Shown here: piece after piece, positions 1 to 11,599 of the stretch
Position numbering within the stretch: position 1 is the first letter of the stretch
Layout: each line of letters starts with the position of its first letter
Translations under genes and position numbers: made by a program
Assembly (NCBI GenBank): GCA_030324005.1
Contig: JARDVH010000084.1
Coordinates: 53,718,663 to 53,782,662 of the forward strand
From: Negaprion brevirostris
Taxonomy: Eukaryota
Direction: 5' to 3'
Length of the DNA stretch: 64,000 nt
Notes under the pieces: generated by a model
What the model saw: the letters and a program-made list of their open reading frames with translations, nothing else
What the model was told of the DNA's origin: nothing
Databases searched by the model: none

Positions 1-455
1 AAGTGGAACTGAACCACTATCAGATCAGCCATGATCTTATTGAATGGTGGGGCAGGCTCGAGGGACTGTAGGGCCTACTCCTGTTCCTATGTGCTTAAGA
101 GGTGACCTTATTGAGATGTTCAAAATTATGAACAATTTTGACAGGGTGAAGAATATTCTGCTTCTATTAGTTGGTACGTCAGTGACTAGGGGTTATCAAG
201 AGAGCTAGGAGTGAGATAAAGAGAACCTTCTTTACTTGGAGTCTTTGGGATTTGGAACACCCTGCCTGGGAGAGTGGTGGAGGCAGATACCATCGGTAGT
301 TTCAAAAGAGAGCTGGAAACATATTTGAAAGTGATGAATTTAGAGGGCTACAGAGATAGGGTTGGAGAATGGGACCAACTGGGTAGCTCTTTGGAGAATC
401 AATGCAAATATGTTGGGCTGAATGGCCTCCTTCTGTGCTGTAAAATTCTATGATT
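1..455 (+). mobile_element. Two adjacent CR1/HER1 LINE 3' ends
   Basis: Typical shark CR1 3' motifs: gatcagccatgatcttattgaatgg...gcctactcctgttcctat, then a degenerate RGDLIEMFKIM RT C-terminus ending gggctgaatggcctccttctgtgctgt...ttctatgattct. Confidence 0.85.
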
Positions 456-2241
456 CTCACAGCTTGCATATTTGCTCTTTTGGTAAAAGAATAAGGGGAA
501 ATGATAGATGAATTTACGAGTAGAAAGAAAACAAAGGCATTATTAAAGAGGGATTTTTTTTTTACAAGATATCTGAAGGCAAGGATTAGTGAAAGTTGTA
601 AGATTTGATTTCCAATGACAGGGGGTGGGAGGAATAGGGATCAAACTGTGGACACAATTAATATTCAAGTCAATCATAATAGTTGAAAAGTAGAGTTTGA
701 GTAGGGCTACATTGGCCTGAATGGGCAACTGCTCCAGTGCTTCCATATTTTGATGCCATTTGGACAAAAGGAAAACAAAAATAGGGAAAACTAAGGCAGG
801 TTGGGATTTCACTTGAGGAAATTATGTAATTGCTCTGGTAGGAATAAAAAATTCATTTGTCAATTCAGAATGATTTTAGTTCCTTGGTTTAACATATTAG
901 AAGGTTAATAGCACAACTATTCAGCACACACAAGTATTCTACTACCAAATACCTCAGCCATGCAATTATCCCCAAAACATTGTTCACTTTTTGCCAGACT
1001 TTGGAGTTCCACCCTAGCTAAATTACAAATCTTTCAAAACACTGCCAACATTCATTGAACCCCAGTCTTTCTACTATTTAAGTCCATATTTATATCTCAA
1101 GTACATCATAATGTATCTCTATATGAAAGATGCTATAAGGGCTTTGTAAGTTACTGTCATGCAAGTTGTCAGAAAAATAACCATTACACCAGGTTATACA
1201 AATAGTTTTGAGACAATTGGATGAATTTCTGGAGAAAGAATAATTGAATGCCACTTAACAGGTAGACATGTGGAATTGATCTAAGGATAAAGGGTATGCT
1301 GGTTTGGTCCAATGGCCTTTTCTGACTCCCTAGAAAACAATTCTATCAAATGATCATCTGAGTACTATTAAAGCATGTTAATGTATTAGCTGAGTAGAAA
1401 AGTTGTTTGTAACTCCAAAAACATTAATGCTGTAGGAAAGTTTGTTAAGATGTGAAATATTGAAGTGTTTAACAGACATTAAATTTTTGTATGTTGCTTT
1501 CAAAACTGAATATAATTTCTCAACTCTATAGCATCTTGATAGGATATTATCAGAAGACAACTAGAAGTTACATTGCTAAAGTATATAGAAACGATCCTAT
1601 CCTTTTCCCCCTTTGGAAATATTTGGAAAGTAACCATTTGTCTATGTAAATATCTATCACTAACCAATGTTGGCAATTGGAAAGAAACACACTTCTGTAA
1701 CCAGCACAGTGAGAGTTATAAAGAGATGGGTGTTATCAGTGTACATATGGTAACAGATGCACTTAAGACATTTAAATGGGTTTTACGCCAATTGTAGTTT
1801 GTGATTTACAACACCTACCTTTTGGGAATGGAGCATATTCAACTGTCTAAGCTGAGCTACAATGCAAATCAAATTCAGCATGTTAGATTGTGACCCAATT
1901 TTCCTCCACAGATACAACTGACAAATTAGACCTCAGAATGCCCACATATAATTCCTTGTCACATATTTTGAGTTATTTTTGGCTTCACCCACTATCAGTT
2001 GATCAGCAGCGATAAGCAATTGATGCTGTGATATTTTTGCCTTTTGGGTATTGGATAGAGTTGCTTAAGAGATAGGATTAGGAAGGTGTTTGTCTGGGGT
2101 AAGGGGAGATACGAAGAAGTCAGGAAGTTACTTGGACAAATNNNNNNNNNNNNNNNNNNNNNNNNNNNNNNNNNNNNNNNNNNNNNNNNNNNNNNNNNNN
2201 NNNNNNNNNNNNNNNNNNNNNNNNNNNNNNNNNNNNNNNNN

Positions 2242-2315
2242 GTGTTGATGTGATCGGCGCAACTCGTGGGCCGAAGGGCCTGTTTGTGCTGTAGTGTTCT
2301 ATGTTCTATGTTCTA
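2242..2315 (+). mobile_element. CR1 LINE 3' tail next to a gap
   Basis: gggccgaagggcctgtttgtgctgt followed by a (gttctat)n terminal repeat. Confidence 0.8.
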
Positions 2316-3218
2316 AGTATTTGGGATTTTGATTGCTAAGTAAATAAACCTGTGGTGGTGGTTGGGGAAACAATGAATTATAAAAAAATTAACCATCCCG
2401 ACATTCATTTGGTCTGTTATATGTTACATAAACTGTTTATGTGCATCTAATTTCTGTTTCATTGCATCAAATAGTTGGAATTTGAGAAGAAACTGATCTT
2501 AGTTTCATGATTGTAAGTTGCATTCAGAATCCAGAATGTAGGATGAATGGTACCTTGAACTCATGTTAACTTCTTTGAATGACGAGAATGTCTTCACAGA
2601 TGATGAACAGAAATTTTTCAGATCGTAACCTAGGTCATAGGTGGTGACATCTGTACCCTTACTGAAGCCTCACTGCCCATGATGTACATAATCCAGTATG
2701 GTCATGTTCTTTTATTAGTATGGACTTCAGCTTGTATTACCTTAGCTAACTGTACTAAAGCTGAAATGTTGCAAAGTTGAGGTCACTTTGGTGATTTTTT
2801 TTTTACAAATGTATTGATCCGCTGTTTATCTTCCAATGCTGTCAAAACTAAGGGAAAACTCATGTTTCTACTCACTTGGAGTCCATAAAACACTGGCATT
2901 TTGCTACAGATCATATATAATGAGTGTTACAATTTTTCAGCCCCTCATGTTGCAATGACTTTGCAGCATGTGACATGATTCCTTGTCCTAAAAATTTAGA
3001 CCTTATTGTCTTCAACTATTCTCATCCCTGCATCCATCATTGCCTATAATTTCCAAAGCCAATCACACCTTGTTTACCCTATTAAATAATCTTAAGGCTG
3101 TCATACAGAAACCTAATCCCCTGATAAATCAGTATGATCTCACCCACATCAACTATAATCCACAAACAGTGCTAGAAAAATCCACATGAAGGATTAAGTT
3201 TTTTTCAAAATAAATCTA

Positions 3219-3793
3219 TTACACAAGATACTTGTGGCAAAAATTTAAAAGACATATTGGATTACAAATGAATCTCTTAATAAAATTATCTATAAGCAAA
3301 ACCAATAACTTAAGAGACAATGTTGTCCAAAGAGATTTCTTTGGGTGGGGAGCCCGGACATGTTTCGGTCTCCGGTTTGTAATCCAGGGTAAATCATCAT
3401 ACTTAATGTAATGTCTGCTGTGCATATCTCTCAGGTGGTTTATGTGCATAAGTTCAATTTTTTTTAATTGACCTAGCAAATCTTTATTTCTCATGGTTGA
3501 GGACTTGGAAAGAAATTTCAGAGAAATATGATCAAGAGTTAGTGAAGGGCAAAGCATTTTTAAAATTTTTCTCAACTCTCCAAGGAATAAATCTGGATTT
3601 TTGTTTTGGTGGGAAATTGCGTGTCTGATGGATATGTGCTCAGCTGAAGAACTTATATTATTGTAGTTTGTACACTTAAAACAGTGTTCCCTGTATCCAA
3701 GTCTTGCTGGATACTTAAGTGGCAAAGTGTCTTTAACATGAAAACATGCCATTAGGCAATTATCAGGAAAAACAATTCAAAATTAGAAGCCAT
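3219..3793 (-). CDS. Orphan putative secreted helical (cytokine-like) protein; single coding exon with a one-base frameshift in the signal-peptide region
   Basis: 177-aa stop-free ORF (3219-3752) in AT-rich non-repeat DNA. Strong splice acceptor ttcttccatttgtttttaacttgcag ends at 3823. An ATG in good Kozak context (acaATGg, 3793) gives MASNFELFFLII, which joins LMACFHVKDT-LPLK if one base is added. Six Cys and an NIS sequon follow. Confidence 0.55.
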
Positions 3794-5427
3794 TGTTTTA
3801 TACTGTTCTGATTCATTTTACACTGCAAGTTAAAAACAAATGGAAGAAGATGCCTTCAGCAAATCAACCGCATTAGATCTGTTCATTCAGAATTAGCAGT
3901 ACCATAAATGCACAATATCAATACAAAAGCAGTTCATAAATATTGCATCAAAATCTTCCATCAAAGATACAGCATTTTCTGCATGTGTTTTAGTGTCTCA
4001 TCAGAAAATTATATTATTAAAAATATCTGATCATAGTAATCAGCTCCTAAATATAAACTAATAAAATTAATTTTACTAAGAATAACACACTGCATACAAA
4101 CTACTCTAGATATTTCATAGTAGTTTTTTGAATTGTAATGATAAATTGATTTTACTGCCATATCAGTAAGAACTAATGAGTTACTTGCATCTGGCACCAT
4201 GATTTGAGTATGTCAGGTTCTGTAGGAAATGTGCTTTATTATATATATCATTGTGCCATTGTTGGTATTTGATAACTTAAGCTATGTCGATGATGGAGGA
4301 CAAGTATAGTCGTCTTTCAGATGGGTACAGCTGTCATACTCTTGTACATGGTTTTGCTATAAATCACAAGAAATCCCACTTTTGACCTAAGTTGATGGTG
4401 GCAGGCATAGAAAGATTGAATGGGGTGGTATGGGTATTTGAGAAAAATTGTCATACTGGGGTGGTGGGGCATGCTTTTCTGAGGTTGGGACCAGGGATAT
4501 TGGTGAATCAGAGTAAAGAAAGTTTTGTTTTGTGTCTGAACCTGTTGTATTGATCTTGGCATATCTCATGCTGATCCTCAGGGCGCCATTTCAGAAGTGA
4601 TCCATTCACTGGCACAAACACCCTTATTAGCAAAAAGATCACAAAAAAAGTAACAAAAATCTCAAAAGTACCCTTATAAGTATAGCTATTATAGGGATGG
4701 AAACTGGATTCATTTGGAATTAGCTGGTTTTTAAATTTGAGATTGCCTGAGGATTGGGCAACTAATAGTGAATTACTTAAAACTAGGCACGTTGATGCAA
4801 AATCATGGCAGGATCGTTTACAAACATCAACAAATCACTACAGTTAACTAAATGTATCACAACAATGTTTATCTCCCCATTCCACAGCCAACATTTATTC
4901 TCTTCTCTCTGCTCTTTAATCAGATAAAATTAAATGTTTATCTGTTCAAAACAATGGCCCTGTGGCTCCATAAGCTTCTTTTATATAGGCCTGATGCAAT
5001 GTTCTCTCTGTTGCTGCATGGATGCGCAGTTCAAAGTTCCTGTGCACCACACGCACAAGTCAGGTCTGAAATGCATATGCATCCTTGCATTAAAGAGCAC
5101 AGACACTTAAGCACACTACAAATAAGTTAGAAGGTGCGTTGGCCTGATGGTCTTTCACTTTAATCCTACATACATAACTGCTAACCCACCAGTGTGATGG
5201 GTCAACATCTGGCAATGCATTCACAAAGAGACATGCACCAGAATTTTTAAGATGTGATCGCCACATTTACCTCCACTTTCCATCTCACCAGTCCCTGTAT
5301 TTAATACATACCCTTTTGCCACTCTCAATACGATCATACAACTGAACTTATTTCCTCATTTCTCTCAGCTTTTTGTCCCTCTGTCCATCAATGATATCAT
5401 GGTTATTCTTCCATCATTCCTCCTAGA

Positions 5428-6040
5428 TGGGCAACACTGTAGTTAGCACTGATGCCTCACAGCTCCAAAGACTTGGATGAATTCCAGCTTTGGATGACTG
5501 TTCATGTGGCATTTGCACGTTCTCCCAGTGTCTGCATGGGTTTCTTCAGGGTGCTCCGGTTTCCACCCACAATCCTAAAATGTGTAGGTTAGAACATAGA
5601 ACATTACAGCGCAGAACAGGCCCTTCGGCCCACGATGTTGCACCGACCAATTAAAAAAGCAATGANNNNNNNNNNNNNNNNNNNNNNNNNNNNNNNNNNN
5701 NNNNNNNNNNNNNNNNNNNNNNNNNNNNNNNNNNNNNNNNNNNNNNNNNNNNNNNNNNNNNNNNNTCCCAACTTTCAGGGATCTATGCACACATACACCT
5801 AGATCCCTCTGTTCATCAACACTATTCAGAGTCCTACCGTTAAGCCCTATACTCTACACATCTGTTATTCCTGCCAAAGTGAATTACCTCACACTTTCCC
5901 GCATTAGATGGATTAGCCATGGGAAATATGTAGGGTTACGTGGATAGGGTGGACGAGAGGGCTTGGATAAGTTACTTTATCAGAGCTGGTGCACACTCAA
6001 TGGGCTGAATGGCCTCTTCTGCACTGTAGGGATTCTATGC
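5428..6040 (+). mobile_element. HE1-type V-SINE interrupted by a CR1 insertion
   Basis: tRNA-like head (gttagcactgatgcctcacagc) and V-domain (ttgcacgttctccc...gggtttc...ccggtttcc); the body resumes after the insert and ends gcactgtagggattctatg. Confidence 0.85.
5591..5903 (-). mobile_element. Young CR1 LINE nested in the SINE, mostly in a gap
   Basis: aacatagaacattacagcgcagaacaggcccttcggccc is the reverse-complement 3' tail; RT-derived sequence follows the gap; ttaga is repeated at both junctions. Confidence 0.8.
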
Positions 6041-6834
6041 TCTCCACCACCCAGCAAAATAGATGTGATACAACACCTACCCATTCACCTCCTTCCAGCA
6101 ATTTATGTAGACAATTTTCCAATCCAGTATCCTGCAATTGCTACTTATGGTATCATCTACTTTGGATAAATTGATGCAGGTTAAGTGATTGTTTTACTGA
6201 ATACTACTGTCCTATCTAAAAGTATGACCCCAAGGTCCCTATTTCTTGCCATTTCAATTCTCTGTTGCCATCTGTGATGTCTTTGTTTTTCTAGACTATT
6301 CGAGTGAAGCTCACCATAATCTTAAGGAACGTCACCTCATCTTTTTACTGGGCATTGTGCAACTCTCTGGCTTTAACACCAACTTTAAAAAATTGACATA
6401 GTTCTTACTTTCTCAGGAAAGATCTATAGTCAACATGGCTTTCCGAGATATTAGGGTGGTGGACAGGGAGGAGCATGTTGAGTGACAACCCTCCATAATT
6501 TTTCTACAAAGCTCCTGAGTTGTTAGCGCTTGTTCTGACTATTAGAATGCTCTCCTCTACTTGTATATACCTCAGCTATTGTAAAATTTCACTCATCATT
6601 TAAAATCATTATATCACCTTATCTCCAATTAAGCAGTTCATGTGTGTGCGTTTCCTCCCTCTCTTCCTTCTTTTTAAGATGGCTGGTTAATGGCACTTAT
6701 TTTCCAGTTCAAATGATCCCATACTTGAAATACTGATGGCTGCCCTCAGCAATTTAGTGCTGGAAGCAGTGTGAATTGCTTGAAGGTGAGACTTTCTCTT
6801 CTGTCTCAGGAAGAAGTCCTGCAGGAAGCATAAC

Positions 6835-7560
6835 TGGGAAATTTGCTGATGACACAACAATTGGCAAAGTGATAGTGAAGAGGATAGCTGCTGTTTCCAA
6901 AATATCAATGGTTTGGTTGAGTGGGTGGAAAAGTGGCAAATGGAATTCAATCCTGAGAAGCGCGCAGTAATGCATTTGGGGAAGGCAATCAAGCTAGGGA
7001 ATACAGAATAAATGAGAGGATGTGGAGAAGGGAACAGGATGCGAAAGACCCTAAAATCCACAGGTCCCAGAAGGTGGCGGAACAGGTGGATAAGGTGGTA
7101 AAACAAGCATATGGAATGCTTTTCTTTATTGGGGAAGCTATTGAATATAAAAGCAGGAATGTAATGATAGAACTGTATAAATGTTGGTTAGACAGCTGGA
7201 ATTTTGTGTACAATTCTAGTCACCACAAGGCCATAATTGCCCATAAAAGACTTGTTTCCCCTATCTGAGGGATCAATTACCAGGGGCACAGATTTAAGGT
7301 AATTGGTAGAAGGATTAGAGGGAATATATGAAAAATTTATGGGTGTCTGGAATACACTGTCCAAACTGGTTAAGGCAGAAATGGCCAACTCATTTAAAAG
7401 ATACCTAAATCTGCATCTAAAGTGCTGTAACCTGCAATGCTATAGATCAGATATTGGAAAATGGACTGAAAATGAGCAGCTACATTCTTTTCTTTCTTTT
7501 TGGGCAGGTGCAGACACAATGGGCTGAATGGCCTCTTTCCATGCCATAACTTTTCTATGG
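6835..7560 (+). mobile_element. Degenerate CR1 LINE RT 3' part
   Basis: KFADDTTIG, KWQMEFNPEKC-like and QVDKVVKQAYGML...IEYKSRNVMIELYK segments, then a CR1 3' tail. Confidence 0.9.
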
Positions 7561-8814
7561 TTTTAAGCCCTGCCTTAGAGAACTACCAGCCAATCTGATA
7601 GCCAGCACTCTGCACAAGCAGCAGCTGCAGTCCCAATGAAAAAAAATCTGTACTTAAGCTAAGTCCAAGGTATTGCTGCCCTGATGACATGGTTGAGGGG
7701 GGCTTGGCTGCAAAGACCAGATGGGGAGGGTAAAGGGAGAAATATGATCTTGAACGAGGTCATGCATCTGATGGGCAAAGGGGNNNNNNNNNNNNNNNNN
7801 NNNNNNNNNNNNNNNNNNNNNNNNNNNNNNNNNNNNNNNNNNNNNNNNNNNNNNNNNNNNNNNNNNNNCAAGACAGTGGTGAGCATGTAGATGATAGGTA
7901 GGTCACTCCCGGATTTTACAAGCAGCCCCCCACCCCCCATAAATCTACCAGTACAACAGTGCAAAATTCAGTCCACTAATTTTTCTGTTCTCTCTGCTGT
8001 CTGACCTGCTGAGCATTTTGAGCAATTTCTATTTATAAACTGAAAAACTTTTGCTGATAGCTTTTAGCAGCATGTTATATACCAGACAGTTAGCAACATA
8101 TCACCTGGCCTATCAGAGGCTCAAAACGTGATAAGTAATGAGCGATATTTGACAGTTTTAGAATTTTCACATAGTCCAAACAACCCAGAGACATCGGTTG
8201 GATAGGACAGCAGTTAATGGCATGGAAGCCCCATGAAAGTCTTTCTGGTTGTAGGCTCTGGGCCTACTCTAACTCTGCAGTATCTGTGCATTGTCCTGCT
8301 TCAATCTGAATGCCTTTCATTGTAATGTTGAAATGATTTTTGCAGTTAGTTTACATCCTGGGTGTGGAATGCTGACTGCTTTGATCTTTCTGTGACTGGT
8401 TTCTAAAATCAGTGCGTCAATTCACACTAAAGTTGGCAGAGACTGAAAAGTCTTGATCACAATTTCAACAAATTTTATAACCTATAGTATTGTCTTTCAA
8501 ACAAACATCTGTGATGATTTTTCATGTCTACACAATAAAGAAAGCCCTATCAAAACATTTACGAGTTGCTTTGTTCCAAAATAAACTTTGATGCTCAATG
8601 TTCCGGAATCCACACAAAAGCTAACAAAAGTCTCTAAGGATGGAAATGAGAAAACATAAACAAGAATGGTCACATGCTTAATTTTAAAAGGAAAATAACT
8701 TGGGTAGGGCAAGTGTTGTGATTTGGTGAGGGGAATTAAAACATTTTTCACTATGCAACCACTTCAAAAGGCTATCATAATGCAGATTAATTACAAACAG
8801 AACACACATACATA

Positions 8815-9888
8815 ATATGGAGATACCAGCATTGGACTGGGGTAAACTGGGGTAAGCAAGTCTCACAACACCAGGTTAAAGTCCAAGAGGTTTATTTGGT
8901 AACACAAGCCACAAGCTTTCGGAGCGCTGCCCTTCACCAGGTGAGTGGGAGTTCTGTTCACAAACAGGGCATAAAAAGTCACAAACTCAATTTACAAAAT
9001 AACGGTTGGAATGTGAGTCTTTACAGCTAATCAAGTCTTAAAGGCAACGGCAAATGTGAGTGGAGAGAGGGTTAAGCACAGGTTAAAGAGATGTGTATTG
9101 TTTCCAGACAGGAAAGTTAGTGAGGTTTTGCAAGCCCAGGCAAGTCGTTGGGGTTACAGATAGTGTGACATGAACCCAAGATCCCAGTTGAGGCCGTCCT
9201 CATGAGTGCGGAACTTGGCTATCAGTCCCTTCTCAGCGACTCTGTTGTCGTGTTGTCATGAAGGCTGCCTTGGAGAATGCTTACACAAAGATCAGAGGCC
9301 GAATGCCTGTGACCATTGAAGTGTTCCCCAACAGGAAGAGAACACTTTTGCCTGGTGATTGTCCAGCAGTGTTCATTCATTTGTTGTTGTGTCTGCGTGG
9401 TCTCCCCAATGTGTCATGCCTTGGGACATCCTTTCCTGCAGCATNNNNNNNNNNNNNNNNNNNNNNNNNNNNNNNNNNNNNNNNNNNNNNNNNNNNNNNN
9501 NNNNNNNNNNNNNNNNNNNNNNNNNNNNNNNNNNNNNNNNNNNNNNNNNNNNNNNNNNNNNNNNNNNNNNNNNNNNNNNNNNNNNNNNNNNNNNNNNNNN
9601 NNNNNNNNNNNNNNNNNNNNNNNNNNNNNNNNNNNNNNNNNNNNNNNNNNNNNNNNNNNNNNNNNNNNNNNNNNNNNNNNNNNNNNNNNNNNNNNNNNNN
9701 NNNNNNNNNNNNNNNNNNNNNNNNNNNNNNNNNNNNTCGCATTCCAACCATTATTTTGTAAATTGAGTTTGCGTCTTTATATGCCCTGTTTGTGAACAGA
9801 ATTCTCACTCATCTGATGAAGGGCAATGCTCTGAAAACTTGTGGCTTGTGCTACCAAATAAATCTGTTGGACTTTAACCTGGTGTTGC
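8815..9888. mobile_element. Penelope-like element with inverted ends (3' ends pointing outward)
   Basis: 8815-9444 is the reverse complement of the GIY-YIG/3' region seen at 55000-55597; 9737-9888 is the same 3' region on the plus strand; each arm has a hammerhead-like core. Confidence 0.85.
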
Positions 9889-10317
9889 CACACATACATA
9901 CAGTAGGCGGGATTTTCCAGCTGCGTTCGCCCCAAAAACAGAAAATCCCACCCAAGGTCAACAGACCTTTCCGCCCCTTGCCCACTACAATTTGCCCCTG
10001 TCTTTTAAAATAGAAGCCATTGCGCTGAATAGGACTGAAGCTTTGACGTTAATCAGTGCTGACCTATGAGTTATTTACACATGTTCCCATCAGGAGTTTG
10101 ACTGAAATTTACTAATTTCATTAGTTATTGAGAAATGGCACTCATTGGTCAGTCAGTCCTGCACATCAACACTTAACAAAGGTGACAGGGCAGTAGTTTC
10201 AATCCATCGACAAGGACATTATACAGAACAAGTGTTTTCATAGATTCCCAACTGTATTAAATTTTGTTCATGGAGAAAACAAAAACAAAATTAGATTACT
10301 TTCCCTAAATTTAACCG

Positions 10318-10502
10318 AAGATGTGCAGGTTAGGTTGATTGGCCATGCTAAAAATTGCCCCTTGGAGTTCTGAGATGCATAGGTTAGAGGGACTAGCGGG
10401 TAAATATTTAGGGATATGGGGGTAGGGCCTGGGTGGGATTGTGGTCGGCGCAGACTCGATAGGCTGAATGGCCTCCTTCTGCACTGTAGGGATTCTATGA
10501 TT
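10318..10502 (+). mobile_element. HE1 SINE 3' half
   Basis: gatgtgcaggttaggttgattggccatgctaaa...gcactgtagggattctatga. Confidence 0.85.
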
Positions 10503-10871
10503 AGGGAGCTAGCTACAACTGCAAAAATTTAAGATGTTGGACAATAGTGAAAATATGGCAGAACGTTCAATGACTTTTTGAATAGTGTCAGCGCTGCTGG
10601 AAATAAAACCTATAACTGGAAAACTTTACTAAAACATAGGTTCCCTGGAATTCTTAGTGATTCAACATACTCAGATTTCTCCTCTAAGGACAACTGGAAA
10701 TGAGGCGGACTTAGTAATGTACATGGTTTCAGGTGCTAAACCGCTTCAGAACGAATGCTCAAAAACACATTCAATTTTATACTCCACATAGGATTTAAAA
10801 GCGAAACATTAGATCCATTGTTCCTGTAATAATTTTCTTGCATGCTATTAGACAGTATATAATTTGCCTTC

Positions 10872-10877
10872 TTTATT
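10872..10877 (-). promoter_or_regulatory. Candidate polyadenylation signal of SWT1
   Basis: AATAAA on the minus strand about 150 nt after the SWT1 stop codon. Confidence 0.5.
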
Positions 10878-11025
10878 TAAATAGCACCTTAAACAAAACC
10901 TTTTACACTAGTACCTCTGATACAGAGAATTTTATCATTCTCACAACTAGAGATGAACATTAGTAAAACATAATTAACTAAATCCAGTTTGTGGAGAAAT
11001 ACTGGTGTCTGATCATTAAGCAGTA

Positions 11026-11131
11026 TTAAACTAAGCCTCTGTTTCTGGCCTCGAGACACAATGCTGCATTGCATTGCTCCAAACTGTAGGTTAACTCAGC
11101 CAACTGGCTGTAACCAACCATCAGCCTCTTC
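11026..11131 (-). CDS. SWT1: SWT1 RNA endoribonuclease homolog, terminal coding exon
   Basis: Acceptor tttccttcttttacag, phase 2. Encodes (R)KRLMVGYSQLAELTYSLEQCNAALCLEARNRGLV*, resembling recalled human SWT1 [32 protein letters not shown]. Confidence 0.9.
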
Positions 11132-11599
11132 CTGTAAAAGAAGGAAACAGATTAATCTTTAAATGCAGTTTACTAGCACCTCATAGCATCTCGTTGACAT
11201 GCTTTATGTGATGAAAATTACATTTTATAAGGTTTGTTTCAACAGCAGTATTTATATAATTTCATCCAATTCAACAAAATTCTTAATTAGATATTTGCAT
11301 TATCCACACAAATACTTTTAAAGCCAACAAAAATAAAATTGATCATTTATTTTCTTAGGATAGACTATGAAGTCATTGAATTAGTTTAATCCAAAGTCAA
11401 ACTGCTAAGAGATCCTAAAAAAATGTTTGAAATCTCTTTGCTGCATGGTCAGCAGGATCTTTTATTTTCTGCATCTTCAAAATAATGGCTGTCATCTGAA
11501 CTGTAATTTCTATGTCTCTATAAGTCTGAATACACAGGCCAAATTCAAAAATATTTAGGCAGCCAGCAAACTGATTGTACTATATACTATTAACTATCA

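Noticed and set aside
1-3000. Expected 3' end of IVNS1ABP (mammalian convergent neighbour of SWT1)
   Set aside because: No kelch-repeat coding sequence is visible, and a 3' UTR cannot be identified from sequence alone.
3219-3822. The orphan ORF as an alternative last exon of SWT1
   Set aside because: Splicing the phase-2 SWT1 donor to the 3822 acceptor gives S-V-K-stop, which is not the long frame.
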